NCBI GenBank assembly: GCA_964527185.1
Contig: CAZGOI010000001.1
Coordinates: forward strand, 300,410 to 356,575
Source: an uncultured Candidatus Saccharibacteria bacterium
Lineage (GTDB): Bacteria > Patescibacteriota > Minisyncoccia > Phycocordibacterales > UBA9973
Direction of reading: 5' to 3'
Length of the DNA: 56,166 nt
This document shows, one piece after another, positions 28,853 to 39,356 of the stretch (position 1 is the first letter of the stretch; the number at the start of each line of letters is the position of its first letter). The position numbers were made by a program, and so were the translations under genes. The notes below the pieces were generated by a model. The model was given only the letters and a program-made list of their open reading frames with translations. It was not told where the DNA came from and searched no databases.

Positions 28853-31078
28853 CTATTTTTTCTTCTTTATATTTTCACCGAGTTTGTGAGGATTGTGATT
28901 ACGGCAATTTCTGTTCGAGCATCTCTCGGGTATTGTTTTTGTTCCTTCCATCATGAGCGAGCCACACAGTTCGCAGATACGACCGGTCGGTTTGGCCTTG
29001 ATAGCATTTTTACAGTCTGGGTAGTTTGAGCACGAATAAAAAATTCCAAACCTGCCTCGGCGTTCCATCATCTTTCCTTTACCACAGACTGGGCAAGTCA
29101 CATCGGTCATTTTTCTTTTTATTTCTTCTTCATCTTGTTTTATAAATTTACACTTTGGGTATCGCGAGCAAGATATGAATGTTCCACTCCCGTCGCGTCG
29201 TTCGCGGATGACGAGCTTGCCGCCACCAGATTTGCCTTTCTTATCTCCGCAAAGCGGGCACATCTCGCCGGTTTCCTTTGGTCCTTCGAGTACATTGCCG
29301 TCGATCGTCCGGGCACCATCGCAATCTGGGTATTTCGAGCACGAATAAAATTTCCCAGCCCGTGATAGTTTGACAATCATCGACGAACCGCATTTTGGGC
29401 ACTTTATATCGCTCGGTGCTTCGCCCATGTTTGTGGCTTTGGCCAGTTTATCTTTTTCTTTCAATTCTTTTTGAAATGGCAAGTAAAAATCCTTGAGTGT
29501 TTTTTCATATTCGCGTTCGCCGCGAGAAATCTCGTCGAGCTCGTCTTCCATCTCGGCAGTAAATGTATCGCTGATGTATTCACTGAAATTTTTTTCAAGA
29601 AAACTCGAGACGACATCGCCAGTATCTGTAGGGAAAAGGGTTCGACCCTCTTTGGTCACATAGCCGCGTTCCTCGATAGTTTTCATGATCGATGCATAGG
29701 TGCTCGGCCTGCCGATGCCGCGAGCCTCGAGCTCTTTGATAAGGCCGGCCTCGGTATATCGCGATGGCGGGGTGGTAAGTTTTTCTGTACTCGTTAGATC
29801 TATCAATTTCAATTCTTCACCGATCGCTATTTTTGGCAACTCTATGTCTTCACCTCGGGCATCACCGTCGCAAGAAAGCCAACCAAGGAAGAGAACCTGC
29901 GAACCATTTGCCACAAAGTCTGGGATTTTTCCGCTTTCTATATTTGCTATGACTTTTGTTTTGAGTAATTTTGCATCAGCCATTTGCGAAGAGACTGTTC
30001 GTTCCCAAATCAGCCTATAGAGTCTTTTTTGTTCTTCGGTTCCGCCAGAATTTAGACTATCTATATGGGTCGGGCGGATAGCCTCGTGGGCCTCTTGAGC
30101 ATTTTTTGATTTTGTCTTGTATATATGAGCTTCGGCGTATTCCTTGCCGTATTTTTTTTCAACCATGCCAAGTATCTGGCCTTGGGCCTGGGAGCTCAAG
30201 TTCGTGCTATCTGTTCTCATATACGTTATGTGCCCAGCCTCATATAATTTTTGGGCGACTTGCATGGTCCGCGAAGGCGAAAACCCCAATCGGGAGCTCG
30301 CCGTTTGCTGAAGGGTCGAAGTTGTAAATGGCGCACGCGGCGCGCGTTTTTGTTCACTTGTTTTTAAGTCTGTTACGATCCACTTTTCTTTCTTGCCAAG
30401 GGAAATAATTCTATCGACTTCTTTTTCATCTCGCGGTTCTTCGCTACAGGCAAGCGATATATCCTTATTATTTTTTGTTTTAAACAATCCTTCGAGTGTA
30501 AAATATTTTTCTGGCACAAAAGCTCGAATCTCACGCTCACGCTCCATGATGATGCGTAGCGCCGGAGATTGTACCCGACCAGCCGACAAGCCGTAACGAA
30601 CCTTTTTCCAAATTATCCCCGATAGATCATACCCGACCAGCCGGTCGAGCACCCGCCTGGCTTCTTGGGCTTTGACCAAATTTGTATCTATATCCCTCGG
30701 TGAGCCGAGAGCCTCCTCGACTGCCTCTTTGGTTATCTCGTTGAATGTTACCCTTTTGATTTTTGCTTTTATTTTTTTATCATCATCGAGTAGGGTTTTT
30801 AGGTGCCAAGAAATAGCCTCGCCCTCGCGGTCTGGGTCGGTGGCAAGCATGACTTCACTTGCCCCCTCAGCTAAATGTTTTAATTCATTGACGACCTTGT
30901 CTTTGCCTTTAGAAATTTCATAGTGGGGGGTGAAGCCGGCTTCTATATCGATCGCTTGCTTGTTTGATTTTGGTAAATCGCGCACGTGGCCGATCGAAGC
31001 GCGTACAGTAAAAGCGCCATCTAAGTATTTCTCGATAGTTTTTGCTTTTGATGGCGATTCGACTATTAAAAGTTTCAT
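28853..31078 (-). CDS. topA: DNA topoisomerase I with C-terminal zinc ribbons
   Basis: LLIVESPSKAKTI, DREGEAI, GRVQSPAL, ITYMRTDS, GIGRPSTY. Confidence 0.98.
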   Translation of the reverse strand: MKLLIVESPSKAKTIEKYLDGAFTVRASIGHVRDLPKSNKQAIDIEAGFTPHYEISKGKDKVVNELKHLAEGASEVMLATDPDREGEAISWHLKTLLDDDKKIKAKIKRVTFNEITKEAVEEALGSPRDIDTNLVKAQEARRVLDRLVGYDLSGIIWKKVRYGLSAGRVQSPALRIIMEREREIRAFVPEKYFTLEGLFKTKNNKDISLACSEEPRDEKEVDRIISLGKKEKWIVTDLKTSEQKRAPRAPFTTSTLQQTASSRLGFSPSRTMQVAQKLYEAGHITYMRTDSTNLSSQAQGQILGMVEKKYGKEYAEAHIYKTKSKNAQEAHEAIRPTHIDSLNSGGTEEQKRLYRLIWERTVSSQMADAKLLKTKVIANIESGKIPDFVANGSQVLFLGWLSCDGDARGEDIELPKIAIGEELKLIDLTSTEKLTTPPSRYTEAGLIKELEARGIGRPSTYASIMKTIEERGYVTKEGRTLFPTDTGDVVSSFLEKNFSEYISDTFTAEMEDELDEISRGEREYEKTLKDFYLPFQKELKEKDKLAKATNMGEAPSDIKCPKCGSSMIVKLSRAGKFYSCSKYPDCDGARTIDGNVLEGPKETGEMCPLCGDKKGKSGGGKLVIRERRDGSGTFISCSRYPKCKFIKQDEEEIKRKMTDVTCPVCGKGKMMERRGRFGIFYSCSNYPDCKNAIKAKPTGRICELCGSLMMEGTKTIPERCSNRNCRNHNPHKLGENIKKKK

Positions 31079-31135
31079 GCAAGATAGTATTACACGAAAG
31101 ATAATTTTTTTGCAAATCCTCAGAAAAAACTTTCT

Positions 31136-31999
31136 CTAAATTTTTCTTATTTCACCAAACTCTTCTTTGATTAATTCTTTTATCTCCATGATCGATAAAA
31201 TGGCATTTGCTTTACCAATATCGATATGTGATAGGCGAATAAGTTCATCGCGTTCTATCGGTTCGGATAGCAATTCGATTATCCTTAGTTCTTCTTTAGA
31301 ACAATCAGCATATTTTTCCTTTTCTGTTTTTTCATTCACTTCGACTTCAAACCCAAGCGTTTCGAGCAACTCTTGGCTCGTCGTTATCGGTACGGCCCCT
31401 GATCTTATGAGCTTATTTGTTCCCGTTGATGTATTTGAAAATATTGAACCTGGTACTGCCAAAACATCGCGATTGTAATCTAACGCTAATCTAGCGGTGA
31501 TGAGCGTCCCAGATTTGTCAGCGGCCTCGACGATGAGTGTTGCTTTTGAAATCCCAGCCATCAATCTATTCCTCTGGGGAAATGTATAAAGCTCGGCCTT
31601 CATTTCTGGTGGAAATTCAGAAAGTATGCAACCATTGTTCCTGACTATGTCACTAGCCAAATTGGCATTGCTTCTGGGGTAGAGGGCTTTGCTGCTTATC
31701 CCAGATCCTGGCATCGCTAAAGTTAAAAGCCCTGCAGACAGCGCAGCTCGGTGGGCGATAGAATCTATACCAAGGGCCAAGCCCGAAACGATGACGATAG
31801 GGTAACCCTTCAAACCCCTTATTAATTTTTCACAGGCATCTTTCCCGTAAGAAGTATTTTTCCGCGAGCCGACGACTGCCAGATATATATAGTCACTCGG
31901 TGGTAAGACCCCTCGGACATAGAGTTCTTTGGGTGGTTGCGGTATTTCGAGTAATGGTTTTGGAAATTCTTCAAGCTTCAATTTTCTGATTTCGTCCAT
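31136..31999 (-). CDS. dprA: DNA processing protein DprA
   Basis: AVVGSRK, VSGLALGIDSIAH, FPQRNRLMAG, SGTLITA. Confidence 0.96.
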   Translation of the reverse strand: MDEIRKLKLEEFPKPLLEIPQPPKELYVRGVLPPSDYIYLAVVGSRKNTSYGKDACEKLIRGLKGYPIVIVSGLALGIDSIAHRAALSAGLLTLAMPGSGISSKALYPRSNANLASDIVRNNGCILSEFPPEMKAELYTFPQRNRLMAGISKATLIVEAADKSGTLITARLALDYNRDVLAVPGSIFSNTSTGTNKLIRSGAVPITTSQELLETLGFEVEVNEKTEKEKYADCSKEELRIIELLSEPIERDELIRLSHIDIGKANAILSIMEIKELIKEEFGEIRKI

Positions 32000-32034
32000 T
32001 TGTTTATTCTAACATTTTTTTATATACTCTTATT

Positions 32035-33297
32035 ATGCTTGATATTAAATTTATCCGAGAACATAAAGACATAATCGCCTCGGGTGCAAAAAGAAAAAAT
32101 ATCGAAGTCGACCTCGACCTCTTGCTTGAGATAGATGATAAACGTTTAAAAATACTCTCTGAAGTCGAAGAACTTAGAGCCGAGCAAAATAAAGCGAGCG
32201 CTTCGCTAGGTGGCAACATAAAAGAAGAAGCCCGGGCCCAAATACTGCGCGAAATGAAAACGGTCAAAGATGACCTCAAGAATAAAGAAGATGAACTCCG
32301 CGAACTGATGAAAGAGTGGCAGACGCTCATGCTCTTGGTTCCAAATATTCCCGACCCGACAACACCTGATGGTGAAACCGAAGACGACAACGTCGAAATT
32401 CGAACTTGGGGAGAAAAACCTAATTTTTCTTTCGAACCAAAAGATCATATTGAAATCATGACTTCACTCAGGATGCTCGATATCGAGCGGGGGACAAAAA
32501 TCCACGGCTTCAGAGGCTATTTTTTAACTGGTGACGGGGTTAGACTCTGTTTTGCTATTTGGAATTACGCGCTCGAATTTTGGTCAAAACGAGGGTTCGA
32601 CCCAGTCATACCGCCGATCAATACTCGTCGTGAGCCGCTGCTTGGTTGCGCGTTTATTCCGCAAGGCGAAGCAGATATTTACAAAGCTCAAGACGATAGT
32701 TATTTTGTCGGAACTTCAGAAGTGCCACTCATGGGCATGTATATGGATGAAATATTAAATAAAAATGATTTACCAAAAAAATTACTCGGCTTTTCACCGT
32801 GCTACAGACTGGAAGCTGGAAATCATGCCAAAGATGTCAAAGGCCTCATCCGTGTGCACGAATTTTATAAATTTGAACAAGTCGTACTTTGCGAAGGTTC
32901 ACACGAAGAATCACTCAAGTACCACGAAGAGGTCCAGAAAAATGTCGAAGACTTTATCCAGACACTTCAAATTCCATATCAAATTGTCGATGTCTGCACT
33001 GGTGACATGGGTTTTGCAAAAGTCAGGATGTACGATACCAACCTCTGGGTACCAAAAGAAAATAAATATAGAGAAATATCTTCAGCCTCGTATTTCCACG
33101 ATTTTCAAACTCGTCGATTGGGGATTCGCTATCGAGATGCAGAGGGCAAAGTCCACTACGCCCACTCGCTCAACTGTACCGCCATACCGACGCCGCGAAT
33201 TTTGGTTTCTCTGGTTGAGAATTTTCAGCAAGAAGACGGAAGTATAAAGATCCCCGAAGTTCTGCAAAAATATTTTGGCAAAGATTTAATTAAATAA
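32035..33297 (+). CDS. serS: Serine--tRNA ligase
   Basis: MLDIKFIRE, GTSEVP, GLIRVHEFYK, REISSAS, HSLNCT. Confidence 0.97.
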   Translation: MLDIKFIREHKDIIASGAKRKNIEVDLDLLLEIDDKRLKILSEVEELRAEQNKASASLGGNIKEEARAQILREMKTVKDDLKNKEDELRELMKEWQTLMLLVPNIPDPTTPDGETEDDNVEIRTWGEKPNFSFEPKDHIEIMTSLRMLDIERGTKIHGFRGYFLTGDGVRLCFAIWNYALEFWSKRGFDPVIPPINTRREPLLGCAFIPQGEADIYKAQDDSYFVGTSEVPLMGMYMDEILNKNDLPKKLLGFSPCYRLEAGNHAKDVKGLIRVHEFYKFEQVVLCEGSHEESLKYHEEVQKNVEDFIQTLQIPYQIVDVCTGDMGFAKVRMYDTNLWVPKENKYREISSASYFHDFQTRRLGIRYRDAEGKVHYAHSLNCTAIPTPRILVSLVENFQQEDGSIKIPEVLQKYFGKDLIK

Positions 33298-33305
33298 AAT
33301 AGAAT

Positions 33306-34172
33306 ATGAAAGATATTCTCACATCGCCGCGCATGGAAATCTTGAAGCGTCGTCGTCGGGCGCGACGAACTAGACTCTCGATACTCCTCGTCGTTTTTTT
33401 TGCTGTGCTCACTTATGCCCTAGGATATTTTTCTTCAAACCCCAAAGTTACAATTCATAAAATAAATGTTACAGGTAACAGAATTATAAACCAAAGCGAT
33501 ATCGAAGATTTTGTTAAACAAAAACTTTCTGGAAAATATTTTCATCTTTTCTCGAGAAGCAATACATTCATCTATCCCAAAGATTCAATCTATGAAGGGC
33601 TCATCAATGCTTTTCCGCGTATTGAAAATCTAGCAGTTTATCGTGATGATTGGAACACTGTCCACATAGATATACTCGAGCGCTCTGGCTCGTCGCTTTA
33701 TTGTGGAACAAAAGTTCCAGATATGCCATCAGACGTAGGGGAGAATTGTTATTTTATAAACAACGATGGATATATTTTCGACAAAGCCCCATACTTCTCT
33801 GGTAATATTTATTTTAAATACTATAGTAAATTAGATGTAAGGAGTGACTCACCACTCGGCCAACAGCTTTTTCCACCAGAGATTTTTCATAATTATGTGC
33901 GGTTTATCGATGGTATAACTGCGCTCGGTTTTAAGCCGCTCTATTTTGTTCTAACCGACTCTGGCGACAGCTATCTCTATCTCGACCATGGTCCCTCTGA
34001 TACTGCCCCAGAAATTATTTTCAAAAACGATGCCGATCTGTCGAGCGTGCTTAGTGACCTAACGCTTTCAATGAAAAAACCTGAATTTGCAACTGATATA
34101 AAATCAAAGTATACTACGCTGCTGTATATAGATTTGCGTTTTAAAAATAAAATCTTATACAAATTCGAATAA
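33306..34172 (+). CDS. FtsQ/DivIB-like cell division protein
   Basis: Basic N-terminus, TM helix, POTRA-like INVTGNRII, C-terminal YIDLRFKNKILYK. Confidence 0.75.
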   Translation: MKDILTSPRMEILKRRRRARRTRLSILLVVFFAVLTYALGYFSSNPKVTIHKINVTGNRIINQSDIEDFVKQKLSGKYFHLFSRSNTFIYPKDSIYEGLINAFPRIENLAVYRDDWNTVHIDILERSGSSLYCGTKVPDMPSDVGENCYFINNDGYIFDKAPYFSGNIYFKYYSKLDVRSDSPLGQQLFPPEIFHNYVRFIDGITALGFKPLYFVLTDSGDSYLYLDHGPSDTAPEIIFKNDADLSSVLSDLTLSMKKPEFATDIKSKYTTLLYIDLRFKNKILYKFE

Positions 34173-35225
34173 ATGAATTTCTGGGAAAAATTACCAAAAC
34201 CCTTTTTCGCGCTTGCTCCGATGGCCGATGTGACCGATGCGGCTTTTCGTCGTATTATTGCCAAATATGGCAAGCCAGATCTGATGTGGACAGAATTTGT
34301 CTCGGCCGATGGCCTAGCTAGCCCCGGACGAGAAGTTTTAAAAAACGACCTTATTTACACCGAGGCCGAACGACCGATTGTTGCCCAGCTTTTTTCTGGT
34401 CATCCGGATAAGATGCGCGAGGCGGCCAAGATTTGTGCCCTGCTTGGTTTTGATGGTATCGATATCAATATGGGCTGCCCAGATCGTTCGATCGAAAAGC
34501 AAGGCGCCGGCGCGGCGATGATCAAAAATAAAGATAACGCCAAAAAAATAATCGAAGCAGCTAAAGATGGCATCAAAGACGCTCAGAAAAATATTCCAGT
34601 GTCTGTTAAAACGCGGGTTGGTTACAACAAGGTGGAGATCGACGAATGGATTCCATTTCTTCTCTCTCAAAATATCGCCGCACTGACTATCCACGCTCGT
34701 ACCCGCAAAGATATGTCCCTTGTGCCCGCCAGATGGGAACACGTCATGGAAGCTGTAGAGATTCGTGACAAAATGGGTGTCAAAACAAAAATAATCGGTA
34801 ACGGCGACGTCAGAGACATAGAACACGCAAAAATTCTTGCGAAGGAGACAGGTTGCGACGGTGTCATGCTTGGCCGCGCTATATTCGGCAATCCATTCTT
34901 GTTTTCTTCTTTACATTCTGAAAACAAGAATGTCCTGAGTGAAAACGAATGCCAGAAATCATCTGATTTTTCTCTTCCATCACTTCGCGAGAAACTTAAA
35001 ATAATGATCGAACACACGAAACTTTTTGAGGAATTGCTCGGTAAATATAAAAATTTTGCAATTATGAAAAAGCACTATAAGGCCTATGTCAATAAAGCTT
35101 TTGATACTTGTCGGAATGACCGTAAGGTCGGGCGGAGCGCCAAAGAATTACGCCTGAAGCTGATGGAGGCAAACAATGCACTCGAAGTAGAAAGCATTGT
35201 GGATAACTTTTTGGCAAGCCAATAA
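34173..35225 (+). CDS. dus: tRNA-dihydrouridine synthase
   Basis: LAPMADVTD, DINMGCP, SVKTRVG, IHART, GNGD, GVMLGR. Confidence 0.96.
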   Translation: MNFWEKLPKPFFALAPMADVTDAAFRRIIAKYGKPDLMWTEFVSADGLASPGREVLKNDLIYTEAERPIVAQLFSGHPDKMREAAKICALLGFDGIDINMGCPDRSIEKQGAGAAMIKNKDNAKKIIEAAKDGIKDAQKNIPVSVKTRVGYNKVEIDEWIPFLLSQNIAALTIHARTRKDMSLVPARWEHVMEAVEIRDKMGVKTKIIGNGDVRDIEHAKILAKETGCDGVMLGRAIFGNPFLFSSLHSENKNVLSENECQKSSDFSLPSLREKLKIMIEHTKLFEELLGKYKNFAIMKKHYKAYVNKAFDTCRNDRKVGRSAKELRLKLMEANNALEVESIVDNFLASQ

Positions 35226-35378
35226 CTCGTGCTATAATTTCCCCGATGCATAAAGAAAGATTAAAGTTTAGAGAAAAGTCGAAATTTCTATTCTCTGTCT
35301 TTTTTGAGAACTCCGTAATGGAGTTTTTATTTTGCCCCACATCTGTCGGTCTGGGGCTTTTATTATATTTAAAATTTT

Positions 35379-36206
35379 ATGTATAAAGGTATAGAAGATA
35401 TAAAAGCGTTTAGTATCGTCATAAATAAATTAAGAAAGTTTTTTCTAGACAAAGGTTTCATCGAAGTCCATACCCAAGATCGCCTGTCGATACTCGCGGC
35501 TTGCGAAGATCCAGATACCGTAGCCACATACACCTATAGCGGATTAGTTTGGCCACTGCCACAGACGGGGCAGATGTGGCTCGAGTATGAACTTCTGCAC
35601 CACGATGATATTCCCGGTGTCTTTTGTGTCTCGACGAGTTATCGAAACGAACCAAACCCGATACCAGGTCGGCATAAAATTATTTTTCCAATGTTTGAAT
35701 TCGAATCACGCGGGACTATAGATGATTTGAAAAAACTTGAAGAAGAGCTCGTAACATATATAGGATACAACAAAGAAAAAATATTCCATAAATTATATGA
35801 CGAACTTGCAAAATACTACTCTGTCCACGAATTGTCGCACAAAGAAGAAAGTAAAATGTACGAAGAATTTGGCCCAGTAATTTTTCTAGAAAATTTTCCG
35901 ATCTACACTTCGCCATTTTGGAATATGAAAAAGTTGGGTGACCATGCAAATAAAATTGATGTAATACTCTCTGGCAACGAAACTATCGGTTCGGCCGAGC
36001 GCAGCACAGACGCCCAAACGATGAGAGAGCAATTCCACACTATAAGCGAGGGCAAATATGCCGAAAAACTCTATGATCTTTTCGGCAAAGACAGGGTAGA
36101 GGGCGAGCTCGAAGAATTTCTATCATATAAATTTTTCCCTAGATACGGCGGTGGCATCGGGGTTAGCAGGTTAATTGATTCAATGAAAAAAGAAGGCCTC
36201 TTATAA
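35379..36206 (+). CDS. Stand-alone class IIb aaRS-like catalytic domain (asparagine synthetase/AsnRS-paralog-like)
   Basis: Motif 2 YRNEPNPIPGRH, ETIGSAER, motif 3 GGGIGVSRL. No OB anticodon domain; 275 aa. Confidence 0.75.
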   Translation: MYKGIEDIKAFSIVINKLRKFFLDKGFIEVHTQDRLSILAACEDPDTVATYTYSGLVWPLPQTGQMWLEYELLHHDDIPGVFCVSTSYRNEPNPIPGRHKIIFPMFEFESRGTIDDLKKLEEELVTYIGYNKEKIFHKLYDELAKYYSVHELSHKEESKMYEEFGPVIFLENFPIYTSPFWNMKKLGDHANKIDVILSGNETIGSAERSTDAQTMREQFHTISEGKYAEKLYDLFGKDRVEGELEEFLSYKFFPRYGGGIGVSRLIDSMKKEGLL

Positions 36207-36235
36207 TAGCTAGTTTTATCTGGTATAATCTCGGC

Positions 36236-37273
36236 ATGTCAGATTCTAATATTGCCTTATATCGAAAATATCGCCCGACAAAATTCTCTGAAGTCATCGG
36301 CCAAGACCATATCGTAAAAGCTATACAAGGCGCCCTATCGTCTTCAAAAGTTGCCCACGCCTACCTATTGTGTGGCCCACGGGGTACGGGCAAGACGACT
36401 ATTGCGAGGATCATTGCTCACGAGCTTGGTTCATCGCAAAATGATATTTACGAGATGGACGCTGCTAGCAATCGCGGTATCGATGATGTGCGAGATATCC
36501 GCGACAGCGTGCAAACTTTGCCTTTTGATTCAAAATACAAGATCTACATTCTTGATGAAGTTCACATGTTCACAAAAGATGCTTGGAATGCACTCCTTAA
36601 AACAATCGAGGAGCCACCAGAGTACGTCATATTTATTTTGGCGACAACTGAACTTGAAAAAATTCCCGAGACAATTGTTTCTCGTTGCCAAACTTTTATT
36701 TTCAAAAAACCAACTGACGCAATTCTTGCCCGAGTCATCTCAACCGTTGCCGTTGCCGAGGGTTATACCTTAGAAGAGGGTGGGGCCGAGCTCATAGCTC
36801 TTCTTGCCGATGGGGCGTTTCGCGATGCACTCGGGACACTACAGAAAATTATTTCATTTTCAAAAAATAAAAAAATAAGCTTGGCAGATATCGAAAGCGT
36901 AACTGGCGCGCCAAATACAATTTTAGTCAACGATTTTCTAAAAGCTCTTACCACAAGCGATATCGAGGCCGGCTATGGCACCTTGCGAAAGGCAAGTGAG
37001 AAGAATATCGATATGAATGTCTATCTCAAGATGATTCTTTCAAAACTTCGTTTTGCTCTCATGCTCCGCTATGCACCGAGCACCAAGAAATCCATAACCA
37101 ATTCACTGTCAGAAAAAGAAATAGAGTTTCTAGAATCTCTTGTCGTGAACAAACCCGAACACATATCTTCAAATTCTCTTTCAATACTTCTTGAATCTTA
37201 TCAAGCACAAAAAACTGCGAGTATCAGTGAACTGCCACTCGAACTAGCGCTTGTAAAAATTCTAGGAAACTAA
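36236..37273 (+). CDS. dnaX: DNA polymerase III subunit gamma/tau
   Basis: LYRKYRP, GPRGTGKTT, DAASNRG, ILDEVHM, TIVSRC. Confidence 0.97.
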   Translation: MSDSNIALYRKYRPTKFSEVIGQDHIVKAIQGALSSSKVAHAYLLCGPRGTGKTTIARIIAHELGSSQNDIYEMDAASNRGIDDVRDIRDSVQTLPFDSKYKIYILDEVHMFTKDAWNALLKTIEEPPEYVIFILATTELEKIPETIVSRCQTFIFKKPTDAILARVISTVAVAEGYTLEEGGAELIALLADGAFRDALGTLQKIISFSKNKKISLADIESVTGAPNTILVNDFLKALTTSDIEAGYGTLRKASEKNIDMNVYLKMILSKLRFALMLRYAPSTKKSITNSLSEKEIEFLESLVVNKPEHISSNSLSILLESYQAQKTASISELPLELALVKILGN

Positions 37274-38289
37274 TTTGCCTTGATTTCTTTTCTATAAATA
37301 GAAATGAGGCTATAGAGCAGACTCAAGACGAGCGGGCCGATCAAAACACCGACTGGCCCGAGAAGCGATATGCCACCCAAGATTGAAAACAAGATGAAGA
37401 GAGATGGTATTTCTGTATTTTTTGCGACAAAATATGGCACAAGGGTGTTGTCAATAACGCCGACCAAGAGAATCGACCACAAGAGTAGCCCAAGGGCTTG
37501 CAAGTGCATCCCATTTACATATAGATAGATCATTGCTGGCACCGACACTAGAGATGTCCCAACAGTTGGAACAAAAGATGCTACCCCAGCCATCATGCCC
37601 CAGAGCACGCCATTTGGAACGCCGAAGATAGTCAGCCCGATGCCGACGAGTATTCCCTGTGTGATTGCAAGCAAAAATGAACTTTTCAAAATGCGATTTA
37701 TGGCACTCCCAAGCTTGCTGAGTATTTCTTCGACATTCTCTTCAGATAGGGGTAGCAGGGTGATGAGATTTTTCTTCCACCTCGCCCCATCTTTTAATAG
37801 GTAGAATATTGTTAGTATCATGACGATAAATAAAAGTAGAGATTGAAAAGTCGAAGCAAAAAATCCACCAATATTATTAGACAAGAAAACCCCGACGCCG
37901 CTAATTTTCGATGCCGTATCAAACGTAATGCCGTGCGGCATGAGCTTGTTGACCGCCAAGTCGATTTTGTGTACAAACGCGGCATTGTTGCCCTGACCGG
38001 TGAGCGCACTATAAGCGTTTTCGGCTTGGTTAAATACGACTGTGCCAATAAAGAAAATTGGTACGCATAAAACGATCAGAAACAAAATAACTGTGACGAG
38101 CGAAGACAGCCAGGCTATACCACCGGTAATATGTTTTTTAATCCAAAGATAGATCGGTGTCAGGATGACGGCAAAGGCTCCGGCCAAAACGATCGTCGTT
38201 ATGAATGGGTAGAAAATCATCAAGGCCAAGATAAAAACAACAGCGATCAGACCAAACAAGAAATATTTCTCAATTGCCGATATGTGCAT
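37270..38289 (-). CDS. AI-2E family transporter
   Basis: Multi-TM protein with IDNTLVPY and GPVGVLIGP. Confidence 0.9.
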   Translation of the reverse strand: MHISAIEKYFLFGLIAVVFILALMIFYPFITTIVLAGAFAVILTPIYLWIKKHITGGIAWLSSLVTVILFLIVLCVPIFFIGTVVFNQAENAYSALTGQGNNAAFVHKIDLAVNKLMPHGITFDTASKISGVGVFLSNNIGGFFASTFQSLLLFIVMILTIFYLLKDGARWKKNLITLLPLSEENVEEILSKLGSAINRILKSSFLLAITQGILVGIGLTIFGVPNGVLWGMMAGVASFVPTVGTSLVSVPAMIYLYVNGMHLQALGLLLWSILLVGVIDNTLVPYFVAKNTEIPSLFILFSILGGISLLGPVGVLIGPLVLSLLYSLISIYRKEIKAN

Positions 38290-38309
38290 ATGACTATTGT
38301 AGCATAAAT

Positions 38310-39335
38310 CTATAATACTGGTTCCCGTCTATTTTTTTTGTAGAGATGGTGAAAGACGGTAAATTCGTCATAGCCGTGCAAAAACAAAACTATATTTGTA
38401 CCTAAAAGCACGATATGCGGCCAGACAACCTCGCCGAAAAAACACAAAGACAGGGTTAGAAATGCAAGAAATACGAAAGATATGAAACGAATCTCAAACC
38501 CAAGCAATATGAAAAGCCCGATAGAAAACTCTATCAAAAATGCTCCGAGGACTATAAACGCTGGAGAAAAATGAAAATAATTTGTCAGGTGATAGGTGTT
38601 CACAGTATCAAAAGCAAGCGAGCCGTGCAAAAGTTTTGCATAGATTGCAGCATAGAGTATCGAAACACTGAAGCATGCCCTGACAATGAAAAATTTTCTC
38701 CTATCTAAATATTTTTTTATTTTGTTGTTTAAAAACTCAAATTTATTTTTTACCAGAGAATATCCACCGCCAAATAAAAATATGACAAACGCTTCGCCAA
38801 GATAAACCAGATAGCTGGCCAAATACCCGCCGACCGATGATAGGGCAGATAGATATATGATTATGGCGAGCAATCCGCCCAACCTCTCGTATACACCAAA
38901 GAGTATAGAAAAACTGGCTACATAAAGTAAAAAAGTAACAACAAAGGTCGAAGCGCCAAAAACATTTGCAAAAGGTAGCTCGGTTCCAAACAGCGCGCCA
39001 TAGTAGGCCGAGGCAAGGAGCGCCAGGCCGAGCGTCACTTGGGCGACGTGACCGGCGTATGGTTTTATTTTAAATAAAAATGGGTCGATCTTTTTTTCGA
39101 CTTTTCTTGAGATCGATATTCCAAGCACCAAAAATATTATTAGAGCGCCGATGATAGACCAGAGGATGAACTGCCCGCCACTTTCTTCGGCGATTTGGAA
39201 CAAGTTCACAGCCGGTTGGGCAAGGTCGTGCACTATCTGGTCGTGGCCGAGCACATAAACTTCGTGGGCAAAAGTTCTAGCCGGCAAGAGTGCCACAAAG
39301 ACCAAAACTACGACCAAATATTTTTTAAATTTCAT
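38310..39335 (-). CDS. DoxX-like multi-pass membrane protein
   Basis: Signal peptide with AHEVYV; C-terminal IEFSIGLFILLGFEIR (DoxX-like). Confidence 0.65.
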   Translation of the reverse strand: MKFKKYLVVVLVFVALLPARTFAHEVYVLGHDQIVHDLAQPAVNLFQIAEESGGQFILWSIIGALIIFLVLGISISRKVEKKIDPFLFKIKPYAGHVAQVTLGLALLASAYYGALFGTELPFANVFGASTFVVTFLLYVASFSILFGVYERLGGLLAIIIYLSALSSVGGYLASYLVYLGEAFVIFLFGGGYSLVKNKFEFLNNKIKKYLDRRKFFIVRACFSVSILYAAIYAKLLHGSLAFDTVNTYHLTNYFHFSPAFIVLGAFLIEFSIGLFILLGFEIRFISFVFLAFLTLSLCFFGEVVWPHIVLLGTNIVLFLHGYDEFTVFHHLYKKNRREPVL

Positions 39336-39356
39336 GATTGTATTATAGCAAAAGTT

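Noticed and set aside
35379-36206. EF-P lysyltransferase EpmA call
   Set aside because: Motif 2 reads GRH rather than the EpmA-type HNPEF, and no efp or epmB is adjacent.
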